Shown here: piece after piece, positions 17,575-27,356 of the stretch
Layout of the letters: each line of letters starts with the position of its first letter
How positions within the stretch are numbered: position 1 is the stretch's first letter
Assembly: GCA_045127955.1 (NCBI GenBank)
Contig: JBGVRA010000062.1
Span: 1,428 to 65,427, forward strand
Source: Anaeroplasmataceae bacterium
GTDB taxonomy: Bacteria; Bacillota_I; Bacilli_A; Acholeplasmatales; Anaeroplasmataceae
Direction: 5' to 3'
DNA: 64,000 bases
The notes under the pieces: generated by a model
What the model was told of the DNA's origin: nothing
Database searches by the model: none
Seen by the model: the letters and a program-made list of their open reading frames with translations, nothing else
Made by a program: the position numbers and the translations under genes

Positions 17575-18390
17575 TTGAAAAGAATTTGTACAATTCAAGA
17601 TATATCTTGTTTAGGGCAATGTTCGTTAACTGTTGCTTTACCTATTATTTCTGCTGCAGGGATTGAAGCTTCAATTATTCCTACTGCAGTTTTATCTACT
17701 CATACAGGCGGATTTAAGAATTTTACTTTTTGTGATTTAACTGAAGAGATGCCTAAGATTGAGGCGCATTGGGTAAGTGAGGGGCTTAAATTTGATGGTT
17801 TTTATACAGGGTATGTAGGTAGTATTAAACAAATAGATTATATTATGTCTATTATGGATTCTTGTAAGAATGATAATGCTATTAATGTTGTTGATCCTTG
17901 TATGGCTGATAATGGTAAGTTATATGTAGGATTTAGTGAAGATTTTCCTAGTGAAATGTTGAGATTATGCAAAAAGGCTGACTATATTGTGCCTAATTTG
18001 ACTGAAGCATCTTTATTGTTAGGTAGAGTTTACAAAGAAAAATATACAAAAGAAGAAATTGAAGATATTGTTATTTCTCTAAATCATTTAACTGATGCTG
18101 CGGTTGTTTTAACTGGTGTTAGTTTTGAAGATGATAAGCTTGGCTGTTGTTGTTATAAAGGTGGTAAAATAGAATATTATTTTACTAAAAAAATTCCTCA
18201 TTCATTCCATGGTACTGGTGATTGTTTTGCTGCTAGTTTTTTTGCTGGTATTATTAAGGGGCTTGATATATTAGAAGCATGTAAACTTGCTTGTCATTTT
18301 ACTGTTTTAGCTATGGAAAATACTTATGATGTTAGAGATGAACATTGGTATGGTGTTTATTTTGAGAAAGCTTTATCAATGTTAGTATAG
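17575..18390 (+). CDS. pdxK: pyridoxal/pyridoxamine kinase family protein
   Basis: 'IQDISCLGQCSLTVALPIISAAGIE', 'DPCMADNGKLY', 'GTGDCFAASF'. The start is TTG 17575 (GAGGTG upstream) or GTG 17566. Confidence 0.7.
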   Translation: MKRICTIQDISCLGQCSLTVALPIISAAGIEASIIPTAVLSTHTGGFKNFTFCDLTEEMPKIEAHWVSEGLKFDGFYTGYVGSIKQIDYIMSIMDSCKNDNAINVVDPCMADNGKLYVGFSEDFPSEMLRLCKKADYIVPNLTEASLLLGRVYKEKYTKEEIEDIVISLNHLTDAAVVLTGVSFEDDKLGCCCYKGGKIEYYFTKKIPHSFHGTGDCFAASFFAGIIKGLDILEACKLACHFTVLAMENTYDVRDEHWYGVYFEKALSMLV

Positions 18391-18399
18391 GAGTAGTAT

Positions 18400-18918
18400 A
18401 TGGCGAAGGTATCTAAAAAAGATAATAAATCTATTTATCAATTAACTAGAGAAGAGTTAGGATTATCTAGAGAAAGGGTAAGTGAATTAACTAATTTACC
18501 TCCTGAAAGAATAGAAAGATGTGAAACTGGTAAAGTATATTTACAACCGGGCGATGTTATTGAGCTTGCTATATGTTATAATAAACCGGAGTTATGTAAT
18601 CATTATTGTAATACTGAGTGTCCTATTGGTCAAAAATATGTTCCTGAAATTAAAAGTGAAGGTATTGAAAGTACAGTATTAAAAATGATTTCTTCTTTAA
18701 ATTCTATGAGTAAGAAAAAAGATAGACTTATAGAAATCATTGAAGATGGCAAGGTTACTAAAGATGAAATTGAAGATTTTATTATTATTCAAGAATCTTT
18801 AGAAAAGATTTCTATTACTGTGGAAACTTTACAGTTATGGGTGGAAAAGATGTTAGCCACTGGTAAAATAGATAATGCTTTATATCAAAAATATTTAAAA
18901 GAACATAATAATTTATAA
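18400..18918 (+). CDS. XRE-type HTH domain protein
   Basis: 'IYQLTREELGLSRERVSELTNLPPERIERCETG' HTH, then a Cys-rich linker and a helical C-terminus. Confidence 0.6.
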   Translation: MAKVSKKDNKSIYQLTREELGLSRERVSELTNLPPERIERCETGKVYLQPGDVIELAICYNKPELCNHYCNTECPIGQKYVPEIKSEGIESTVLKMISSLNSMSKKKDRLIEIIEDGKVTKDEIEDFIIIQESLEKISITVETLQLWVEKMLATGKIDNALYQKYLKEHNNL

Positions 18919-18940
18919 GCACTTTAAATAGTGCTTTTTA
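18918..18940 (+). terminator. rho-independent terminator
   Basis: AAGCACT-TTAAAT-AGTGCTT followed by a T-run. Confidence 0.65.
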
Positions 18941-19155
18941 ATTTGCATAATATGTAAAAATTTATTATATTTTTTTGCAGGTATTGTCATTTAATTTTTA
19001 ATATATATAAATTAAAATGGTATTGTAATGATTTGCTATAGATATTATCGTATAATTTAACAATTTTCAGCACTAAGTATTTATATGATTAATTATTTGT
19101 AGTATAATCTATTTAGATAAATAATATATTTAATTGAAAATTAGGAGGTTTTTTT

Positions 19156-20661
19156 ATGAATCCAGGAACAGTTATTTTAATTGTGTTGTTAGTGATTTTA
19201 TTGGCTATTATTGTAATAGCTGCAGTGTATGTAAAAGCAGGGCCAGACACTGCAATTATGGTTTCAGGTGCTGGTAAAAGAAAGATTATGATCGGTAGTG
19301 CTGGCGTTAGAATTCCATTCTTCCAAAGAACAGATAAATTATCTTTAAAGGCATTCCAAGTAGATATTAAGACAGAGGAAGCAATTCCAACTAAAGAATT
19401 TATTAATATCAATGTTGATGGTGTTGCCAACCTTAAGATATCATCTGATCCGGAATTATTAAACAAGGCATTTGAATCTATTTTACATATGCCTGAAGCA
19501 GAATTAATTAAGCAATTACAACAAGTATTACAAGGTAATATGCGTGAAATCGTTGGTACTGTTGAAATTAAGGAATTAGTTCGTGATCGTCAAGGTGTTG
19601 CTAATAAGGTTAAGGAAAATGTAGTTCCAGATATGGCTAAGTTAGGTATTGAGGTTGTTAATTTTAATATTCAATCTTTCTCAGATGATAATAAAGTTAT
19701 TGAAAATCTAGGTATTGATAATATTAGCCAAATTTCTAAGGATGCTGCAATTGCTAGAGCAAACGCTGAAAGAGACGTTGCTATTGCATCTGCTGCTGCT
19801 AATGAAGCTGCAAATAAGGCTAAGGTTGAATCTCAAATGAAGATTGTTCAACAAAATACTGATTATGAATTACAAGCGTCTGCTTTAAAACAAAAATCAG
19901 ATACTGCTAAGGCTGTTGCTGATGCTGCGTATGATATTGAAAAGCAAAAACGTTTAGAAGAAATTAACGTTGCTGAAGTTAATGCTAATATTGCTAAACG
20001 TGAACGTGAAGTTGAACTTGGTAATCGTGAAGTTGAATTAAAAGAAAAGCAATTACAAGCTGAAATTAATAAGGTTGCTGACTCTAAGAAGTATGCTGCT
20101 CAAATGGAAGCAGAAGCTGATTTATTCACTCGTCAAAAGGCTGCAGAAGCTAAGAAGTATGAATTAGAACAAGAAGCTGAAATGCAAAAGATTAAAGCTG
20201 AAGCTGATAAGATTGCTGTACAAAAAGCTGCAGAAGCATTAAAGATTCAAGCGGATTTAGAAGCTGCTGCATTAATTGCTAAAGCAACTGCTGATAAGGA
20301 AGCTGCACTTGCTGAAGCACAAGGTATTGAAGCTAAAGGTCGTGCTGAGGCTGATGCTATTAAGGCTAAGGCTGATGCGATGAAACAATATGGTGAAGCT
20401 GCTACATTACAATTAATTTTAGATTCTGGTGTTTTACCTGAAATTGTTAAGGCTTACTCTGAACCTGTTGCTAGTGCTATGTCTAAGATTGATAGTATTA
20501 CAATGTATGGTGAAGGTAATACAGCTAAGCTTACAGAAGAAATTTCTAAGAATGGTACACAAATTTTTGCTGGCTTAGAAAAAGCTACTGGTTTAGATAT
20601 TAAATCATTACTTGCTGGATATTTAGGTGGCAAGTTAATTGATAAAGCTAAAGAAGAATAA
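19156..20661 (+). CDS. flotillin-like SPFH protein (FloT/YuaG type)
   Basis: N-terminal TM, an SPFH domain, a long Ala/Glu/Lys coiled region, and a flotillin C-terminus. AGGAGG RBS. Confidence 0.9.
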   Translation: MNPGTVILIVLLVILLAIIVIAAVYVKAGPDTAIMVSGAGKRKIMIGSAGVRIPFFQRTDKLSLKAFQVDIKTEEAIPTKEFININVDGVANLKISSDPELLNKAFESILHMPEAELIKQLQQVLQGNMREIVGTVEIKELVRDRQGVANKVKENVVPDMAKLGIEVVNFNIQSFSDDNKVIENLGIDNISQISKDAAIARANAERDVAIASAAANEAANKAKVESQMKIVQQNTDYELQASALKQKSDTAKAVADAAYDIEKQKRLEEINVAEVNANIAKREREVELGNREVELKEKQLQAEINKVADSKKYAAQMEAEADLFTRQKAAEAKKYELEQEAEMQKIKAEADKIAVQKAAEALKIQADLEAAALIAKATADKEAALAEAQGIEAKGRAEADAIKAKADAMKQYGEAATLQLILDSGVLPEIVKAYSEPVASAMSKIDSITMYGEGNTAKLTEEISKNGTQIFAGLEKATGLDIKSLLAGYLGGKLIDKAKEE

Positions 20662-20670
20662 TGTGATAGA

Positions 20671-20699
20671 AGAGTTCAGTTTTTTGAACTCTTTTTTTC
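20671..20699 (+). terminator. rho-independent terminator
   Basis: AGAGTTCA-loop-TGAACTCT followed by T7. Confidence 0.75.
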
Positions 20700-20728
20700 T
20701 TGTTAAAAAAAAAAGAGAGTTTCCTCTC

Positions 20729-21565
20729 TTAACTTCTTAATGGTCTTGTTGGACCTATATGTTTTAAACTGTTTAGATATTCCATATCTTCATCACTTAT
20801 TACAAAATCAATATCTAAGTTAGCTTTAATTCTTTCTTTATTAACTGATTTTGGAAGTGGATTACATCCTCTTTGATAACAATATCTTATACAAATTTTT
20901 GGAATGGTAGTATTGTATTTTACTGCCATTTCTTTTAATAATTCGTTATCTAAAATATTTCCTGTTGCCATAGGAGAATAAGCTTGGATTAAGATATCAT
21001 TTTCTTGGCAGTATTTAGTGATTGCTTCTTGAGTATTACCAATAAAAAATCTAATTTGATTTACCATTGGTTTTACATTAGTAGCTTCTATTAATGTTAT
21101 GATGTTTTCTTTATGGAAGTTTGATACACCTATAGCTCTTACTTTTTTTTCATTATATAGTTTTATAAATGCTTTCCATACTTCAATATTACCTTCTGTA
21201 CAGTCTTGGCCTACATTACTCCATGGCCATGGAGCGTGAATTAAGTATAAATCTATATAATCTGTATCTAGGTTTTTAAGTGATTTATCAAAATATTCTA
21301 TTGCACCATCATATGTCTTAATATCTGCTGGTAGTTTTGTTGTGATAAATATATCTTTACGATCTATTTTTGAGTCTTTAATGGCTTTGGCTACACTTAC
21401 TTCATTTTCATAGATGTAGGCTGTGTCTATATGTCTGTATCCTGCTTCTAATGCCCATAAAACGGAATTATATGCTTCATCTCCGTTTGATACTTGCCAT
21501 GTTCCAAGTCCTAGGGCTGGAATGTCTACACCATTATATAGTTTGAATTTATTATCTTTAACCAT
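20729..21565 (-). CDS. aldo/keto reductase
   Basis: 'PALGLGTW', 'GYRHIDTAYIYENE', 'IHAPWPW', 'VSNF'. Confidence 0.9.
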   Translation of the reverse strand: MVKDNKFKLYNGVDIPALGLGTWQVSNGDEAYNSVLWALEAGYRHIDTAYIYENEVSVAKAIKDSKIDRKDIFITTKLPADIKTYDGAIEYFDKSLKNLDTDYIDLYLIHAPWPWSNVGQDCTEGNIEVWKAFIKLYNEKKVRAIGVSNFHKENIITLIEATNVKPMVNQIRFFIGNTQEAITKYCQENDILIQAYSPMATGNILDNELLKEMAVKYNTTIPKICIRYCYQRGCNPLPKSVNKERIKANLDIDFVISDEDMEYLNSLKHIGPTRPLRS

Positions 21566-21671
21566 AATTTAACCTTCTTTCTTTCATATGGTTATATTGT
21601 AACATAATTTTGGGTGTATTGAAAAGTATTATTTATTGGAGTAAAATATATAATATGAAGTGGGTGAATTT

Positions 21672-22781
21672 ATGGATAAATTAGCTTTAAAAAATGAAAA
21701 ATTAATTGAAGAATTTGATGTTAAATATTATTTAGATAATAAGAATTATCCTGTTGCTTCTGCATTATCAGCTTTAGAGACTACTAATGAGATTCAAAAA
21801 AGTTATTTTAAGAGAGTTGATAATCTTGATTTATCTGATAATGTTTTAAGGTTATATGCATTATTACAGGGGTTATTTGTCTCTATTGATTCACTATATG
21901 CTTTGGCTTATTCTTTAACTAAGAGTAAAAGTTTTATTAATATAAATTTAAATCAAAATCTTCGAGAACTAAAATATATTAGAAATGATGTTGTTGGGCA
22001 TCCTGCTAATAGGGTTTTAGATTCTGATAGTTTAGCTTATTGTATTTTAGATAATGAAAGTATTACTCCGAATGAATTTAGTTATTATATTTATTCTAAA
22101 GATGAGGTTAATAAAAAGGTTATTAATGTTAATGATATTGTTAGTGCTTATTATTTGGAATGTAATAATTATTTAGAACAAATTAAAAAGATTGCTAATA
22201 CTTTGAAAAATCAAAGTCAGTTAGAAAAAATAGCTATTAGATGTTTTGATTGTTACCAAATGAAAGGTGATTATATAAGTGCTTTAAATGAATTAAAAGA
22301 GGAATATTTAAAACAATATCCTAATGCTAAACCTAGTGGTCATCGTGTTTTATGGCGTATTAATTTAATTAATGAACTTATTGGGTTTAGTTCTATAGAT
22401 AGTGATGTTTTAGATTTGTGTAATTATTGTATTGGTTTAGAAATTGTTAAGATTTTAGAGCTTTTATCTGATGTTAATTATAAGATTAATTTAGATAGAA
22501 AAACACCTTTTTTACTTTCAAATTTTTATAGATTTTTAAATAAAAATGAAAATATGATTTTATATGTTGATAAGATTTTAGATATTAAGAATCCTTTATT
22601 TAGATCTTCTATTAATTATTTATTAGATATGGCTAATAAAAAGAAGGTTAACGGAGTGATTAGATATTTAAGTTTATTGTTAGATTTATTTAATAAAGGT
22701 GAAGATTCATTGGTTTATGCTTTGGCTTTACCTTTAAAAGAATATAAGAAAAAGAAAAAAAAATATAGTATTATTCTTTGA
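21672..22781 (+). CDS. hypothetical helical protein with an R-x5-H (HEPN-like) motif
   Basis: ORF. 'LKYIRNDVVGHPANR' at 21981-22001. ATG 21672 is preferred over GTG 21660. Confidence 0.55.
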   Translation: MDKLALKNEKLIEEFDVKYYLDNKNYPVASALSALETTNEIQKSYFKRVDNLDLSDNVLRLYALLQGLFVSIDSLYALAYSLTKSKSFININLNQNLRELKYIRNDVVGHPANRVLDSDSLAYCILDNESITPNEFSYYIYSKDEVNKKVINVNDIVSAYYLECNNYLEQIKKIANTLKNQSQLEKIAIRCFDCYQMKGDYISALNELKEEYLKQYPNAKPSGHRVLWRINLINELIGFSSIDSDVLDLCNYCIGLEIVKILELLSDVNYKINLDRKTPFLLSNFYRFLNKNENMILYVDKILDIKNPLFRSSINYLLDMANKKKVNGVIRYLSLLLDLFNKGEDSLVYALALPLKEYKKKKKKYSIIL

Positions 22782-22818
22782 TTTTTGATATAATTTTAAT
22801 GTTTTGGAGGTTAGTTTT

Positions 22819-24651
22819 ATGGATATTAGAAATGTTGCTATTATAGCCCATGTTGACCATGGTAAAACTACATTAGTAGATAAATTATTAAGAAGTTCTC
22901 ACACGTTTAGAGATAATCAAGTTGTTCAAGATAGAGTTATGGATTCTAATGCTATTGAGCGTGAAAGAGGTATTACAATTTTAGCTAAGAATACTGCAAT
23001 TACATATAAGAATACTAAAATCAATATTTTAGATACTCCTGGTCATGCTGATTTTTCTGGTGAAGTTGAAAGAATTATGAAGATGGTTGATGGTGTTGTT
23101 TTAGTGGTTGATGCTTATGAAGGAACTATGCCTCAAACTAGATTTGTTTTAAAGAAAGCTTTTGAAGCTCACTTAAAACCTATTGTTGTTATTAATAAAG
23201 TTGATAAACCTTCAGCTAGACCTATGGAAGTTATTGATGAAGTTTTAGAATTGTTTATCGATTTAGGTTGTGATGAAGATGAACTTGATTTCCCTGTTTG
23301 TTTTGCATCAGCTGTAAATAATACATGTTCATTAGATAGTGATTTATCTACTCAAAAGAGTGGAATGGGGCCTTTACTTGATATGATTATTAATGAAATT
23401 CCTGCTCCTAAAATGGATAAGGATGCTTCATTACAACTTCAACCTGCATTGCTTGATTATACTGATTTTGTTGGTCGTATCGGTATTGGTAGAATTGCTA
23501 GAGGTACTATTAAATCTGGAGAAGTTGTTTCATGTTGTAGATTAGATGGATCTATTAAAACTTTTAGAGTTCAAAAATTGTATGGATTTTTAGGGTTAGA
23601 TAGAATTGAAGTTCATGAAGCATATGCTGGTGAGGTTGTGGCTGTTGCGGGACTTGGAGATATTTCAGTTGGTGAAACTATTTGTAATGTTGGTATGGAA
23701 GAACCATTAGAAAAAATCCATATTTCTGAACCTACTGTGCAAATGACTTTTGGTACTAATACATCTCCATTTGTTGGCAAAGATGGTAAAGCCGTTACTG
23801 CTACTAAATTAGAAGAAAGATTATTTAGAGAAGTTCAAAAGGATGTTTCACTTCGCGTTGAAAGAATTGATAAAGCAGAAGAATGGTTAGTATCTGGACG
23901 TGGTGAATTACATTTAAGTATTTTAATTGAAAATATGAGAAGAGAAGGTTATGAATTCCAAGTTTCTAGACCTAGAGTTATTATGAAAGAAATTGATGGG
24001 GTTGTTTGTGAACCTTATGAATATTGTGTTATTGATGTTCCTAGTGAATGTGCTGGTTCTGTTATTGAGATTATGGGTAATAGAAGAGGTACATTAGAAA
24101 CCATGAGTAATACCGAAACTCAATCAAGAATTGTTTATACTATTCCTTCACGTGGTCTTATTGGGTTTAATACCGATTTTATGACTGTTACTAAGGGGTA
24201 TGGTATTATTAATCATAGTTTCTTAGAGTATAAACCTATGGAAAGTATGAATATTGCTGAAAGAACAAGTGGTGTTTTAGTTTCTATGGCTCAAGGGCAA
24301 TCTACTGCATATTCTATTGGTGCATTAGAAGATAGAGGTGTTATGTTTATTTCACCTGGTGAAGAAATATATGAGGGTATGATTGTTGGGGAAGCTAATA
24401 AGGGGCTTGATTTAGCTGTAAATGTTGTTAGAGCTAAACAACAAACTAATACTAGATCTTCTAATAAAGATACTACTGTTGTTTTAAAGACTCCTAAGGT
24501 TTTAACTTTAGAAAATTGTTTGGAATTTATTAATGAAGATGAATTAGTTGAGATTACTCCTAAGCATGTACGTTTACGTAAGAAGATATTAGATACTGTT
24601 GAACGTAAAAAGTATGATGCAAAGGTTAGAAATTTAAAAGAAGAAAATTAG
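22819..24651 (+). CDS. typA: translational GTPase TypA/BipA
   Basis: 'IRNVAIIAHVDHGKTTLVD', 'DTPGHADF', 'NKVD'. GGAGG lies 8 nt upstream of ATG 22819. Confidence 0.95.
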   Translation: MDIRNVAIIAHVDHGKTTLVDKLLRSSHTFRDNQVVQDRVMDSNAIERERGITILAKNTAITYKNTKINILDTPGHADFSGEVERIMKMVDGVVLVVDAYEGTMPQTRFVLKKAFEAHLKPIVVINKVDKPSARPMEVIDEVLELFIDLGCDEDELDFPVCFASAVNNTCSLDSDLSTQKSGMGPLLDMIINEIPAPKMDKDASLQLQPALLDYTDFVGRIGIGRIARGTIKSGEVVSCCRLDGSIKTFRVQKLYGFLGLDRIEVHEAYAGEVVAVAGLGDISVGETICNVGMEEPLEKIHISEPTVQMTFGTNTSPFVGKDGKAVTATKLEERLFREVQKDVSLRVERIDKAEEWLVSGRGELHLSILIENMRREGYEFQVSRPRVIMKEIDGVVCEPYEYCVIDVPSECAGSVIEIMGNRRGTLETMSNTETQSRIVYTIPSRGLIGFNTDFMTVTKGYGIINHSFLEYKPMESMNIAERTSGVLVSMAQGQSTAYSIGALEDRGVMFISPGEEIYEGMIVGEANKGLDLAVNVVRAKQQTNTRSSNKDTTVVLKTPKVLTLENCLEFINEDELVEITPKHVRLRKKILDTVERKKYDAKVRNLKEEN

Positions 24652-24675
24652 GGAAAAATTTTTTCCCTTTTTTTG
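24651..24675 (+). terminator. rho-independent terminator after typA
   Basis: GGGAAAAA/TTTTTCCC hairpin followed by T7. Confidence 0.7.
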
Positions 24676-24720
24676 TCACCTTATTTAATTGTTGTTTGTT
24701 TTATTGGTAGAGGTGATACT

Positions 24721-26208
24721 ATGAAAAAGATGTTTTTATTTGTTTTTAGTTTTTTAATTATTGGTTTATGTGGCTGTTCTAGCAATACTATGAAAAATGA
24801 CGGTGAGTTTTATGAACCTGAAGTAGAAGGTGGAATGATGGTCCCTGAGGCTGGAGCAGTTGATGATGCAGTAGGTGAAGGGTATATTGAAATTTTAGAA
24901 GGTGGATTTATTTCTCCAGACAATAATCCATTATCTAATTTTTCTTTAGATTCTTCTAGTTATGCTTATTCTAATCTTCGTAGATTAATTAAGAATAATA
25001 ATTTTATTAGTAAAGACGCTGTAAATATTGAGCATATGCTTAATTATTTTAATTATTCATATAAGAATAATACTAGTGATGCTTTAAGTAGTTCAATTGA
25101 AATTGCTTCATGTCCTTGGAATAGTGAAAATCATTTAGCTTTAATTAGTGTTAATTCTAAGGATGTTGAAATTGTTGATTCAAAGAATAATTTTGTGTTT
25201 TTAGTTGATATTTCTGGTTCTATGAATAGTGAAAATAAATTAGGTTTATTTAAGGAATCTTTTAGATTATTTATGGATAATATATCTGAAGATGATATTG
25301 TTTCAATTGTTACTTATGCAAGTGGTGTAAGAGTTATTGCTGATGGAATTAGCGGAGGTAATAAAAAAGAATTAATTGAAGTTATTGATGAACTTTCTGC
25401 AAGAGGTGCAACTAACGGTAGTGCAGGTATTCAAACTGCTTATGATCTTGCTAGTAAACACTTTATTGATGGTGGTAATAATCGAGTTTTAATTGCTACT
25501 GATGGTGATTTTAATGTTGGTATTAAAGGTGAAAATGAATTAAATGAATTTATTTCTAGTAAGAGAGAAACTGGTGTTTATTTATCTATTTTTGGATATG
25601 GTGTTGGTAATACTAAGCATAATATTATGGAAACTTTAGCTAATAATGGTAATGGTAATGCATATTATATTGATGATATTTTAGAGGCTAAGAGAGTTTT
25701 TGTTAGTGAACTTGGGTCAGTTTTAAATACTGTTGCTAAGGATTGTAAGATTCAAGTTGAGTTTAATCCTAATGTTGTTTTTAAATATCGTTTGATTGGT
25801 TATGAAAATAAAAGATTAACTGATGATGAATTTGAAGATAGTAATACTGATGCTGGTGAGATTGGTGCTAGTCATACTACTATTGCAATGTATGAGATTT
25901 GTTTAAAAGAAGATGTTAAAAATGAATATATTTTAAGAACTAAATTAAGATATAATGATGTTGCTAGTGGGTTAGATACTGAGGTTATTAATGCTGTTTA
26001 TGGGTTATCTATTCCTAGTAATGACTTTATGTTTGCATGTGCTGTTGTTGAATTTGGATTGATTTTAAGAGAGTCAGATTTTAAGGGTGATTCATCATTT
26101 GAACATTTGATTTTGTTATTAGAAGAAGTAGAATTTGATGATGTTTATAAACAAGAATTTAAGGAACTTGTTTTACTTGCATTTCAAAATCAAGAGTTAA
26201 ACAAGTAG
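24721..26208 (+). CDS. vWA-domain lipoprotein (YfbK-like)
   Basis: Lipobox 'LCGC'. N-terminal 'LSNFSLDSSSYAYSNLRRLI...VNIEHMLNYFNYSY'. vWA MIDAS 'DISGSM'. Confidence 0.8.
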   Translation: MKKMFLFVFSFLIIGLCGCSSNTMKNDGEFYEPEVEGGMMVPEAGAVDDAVGEGYIEILEGGFISPDNNPLSNFSLDSSSYAYSNLRRLIKNNNFISKDAVNIEHMLNYFNYSYKNNTSDALSSSIEIASCPWNSENHLALISVNSKDVEIVDSKNNFVFLVDISGSMNSENKLGLFKESFRLFMDNISEDDIVSIVTYASGVRVIADGISGGNKKELIEVIDELSARGATNGSAGIQTAYDLASKHFIDGGNNRVLIATDGDFNVGIKGENELNEFISSKRETGVYLSIFGYGVGNTKHNIMETLANNGNGNAYYIDDILEAKRVFVSELGSVLNTVAKDCKIQVEFNPNVVFKYRLIGYENKRLTDDEFEDSNTDAGEIGASHTTIAMYEICLKEDVKNEYILRTKLRYNDVASGLDTEVINAVYGLSIPSNDFMFACAVVEFGLILRESDFKGDSSFEHLILLLEEVEFDDVYKQEFKELVLLAFQNQELNK

Positions 26209-26265
26209 ATTATTTATTATAGTAATGGTATAATTTAATTATTATTTCATTATTAGGAGTTTAGT

Positions 26266-26757
26266 ATGGGAAGTTTGAGTGAGGTTGTATTTGAAACTAA
26301 ATATAAATTATATGCTCAAGAGCTTATGAATGTTTGTTATGGTTATACTAAGGATAAGTATGCCTCAGAAGACCTTGTTCAAAATGTTTTTATTAAATAT
26401 ATTAATTGTAATAAAGAGTTTTCTAATTTAAATGAAGAAAAGTATTGGTTAATTAGAGTAGCAATTAATGAATGTAAGAATTATTTAAAGAAACGAAAAA
26501 GAATTGTTTTAAATGAGGAGATTATTGAATATATTTCTCCTAAGGTTGATAAAAATGATGATGTTTATGTTGTTTCTAGGATTGTTAAGGAACTTCCTTT
26601 AAAATATAAGGCTGTTATTGTTTTGTTTTATTATGATTCTTTATCTATAAAAGATATTAGTTTGACACTTAAAATAAGTTGTGATGCTGTTAAAAAAAGA
26701 TTAGAAAGAGCTAGAAAAATGATTAAAGATATGATGGAGGATGGTTATGTTAGATAA
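26266..26757 (+). CDS. ECF-type RNA polymerase sigma factor
   Basis: Region 2 ('DLVQNVFIKY', 'WLIRVAINECKNYLKK') and region 4 ('LSIKDISLTLKISCDAVKKRLERARK'). Confidence 0.8.
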   Translation: MGSLSEVVFETKYKLYAQELMNVCYGYTKDKYASEDLVQNVFIKYINCNKEFSNLNEEKYWLIRVAINECKNYLKKRKRIVLNEEIIEYISPKVDKNDDVYVVSRIVKELPLKYKAVIVLFYYDSLSIKDISLTLKISCDAVKKRLERARKMIKDMMEDGYVR

Positions 26758-27331
26758 ATTAAAGGATATTGTTCCTGAAGTTGATGAAAATAAAGCCAAT
26801 TTCATATATGAAAAAAGTAAGGTTAGTAAGACTAAAATTAGTTTTAGTTTTAATTATAAACTCGTTTTAAGATTTGCATGTTTGTTACTTGTTTTAATTC
26901 CTGTTATTGTTATTGTTAGTATGAAACCTACTAATAATAAGTCTGAGGCAGGTCCTAATATGGCTCCAACAATTAATGAAGGAGAAGTGATGGAACCAGA
27001 GGCGCCAGAGGCGGGAGGAGAGGCGGCTAAACCCGGATTAGATGATGAGTTAGATTATTATAATTATTCTTTTGATAAGAACAGTGGGATACTTGAATTA
27101 TATTTTTATGATTATTATAGTGTTTATTATATAAAAGAACATAATGATTACAATATTGTTTCAGTTTTTCAAAATGAAGAAGAAGTGATTAGTAATGATT
27201 TTGTTTATTGTGTTAATTCTTTAGTTAAGGTTTATGTATTATTTGATTTAGAAGATAGTGATAACAAAATATTGATATCTATTTCTAATGATAATATAAA
27301 TTTTCAAGATTATTGTATATATGTAGAGTAA
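26741..27331 (+). CDS. single-pass membrane protein, putative anti-sigma factor
   Basis: Overlaps the sigma gene by 17 nt and has one TM helix ('LLVLIPVIVIVS'). Confidence 0.5.
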   Translation: MVMLDKLKDIVPEVDENKANFIYEKSKVSKTKISFSFNYKLVLRFACLLLVLIPVIVIVSMKPTNNKSEAGPNMAPTINEGEVMEPEAPEAGGEAAKPGLDDELDYYNYSFDKNSGILELYFYDYYSVYYIKEHNDYNIVSVFQNEEEVISNDFVYCVNSLVKVYVLFDLEDSDNKILISISNDNINFQDYCIYVE

Positions 27332-27356
27332 AAGGCGTCTTATGACGCCTTTGTTA
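27332..27356. terminator. bidirectional terminator hairpin
   Basis: AAGGCGTC-TTAT-GACGCCTT between convergent genes. Confidence 0.65.
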
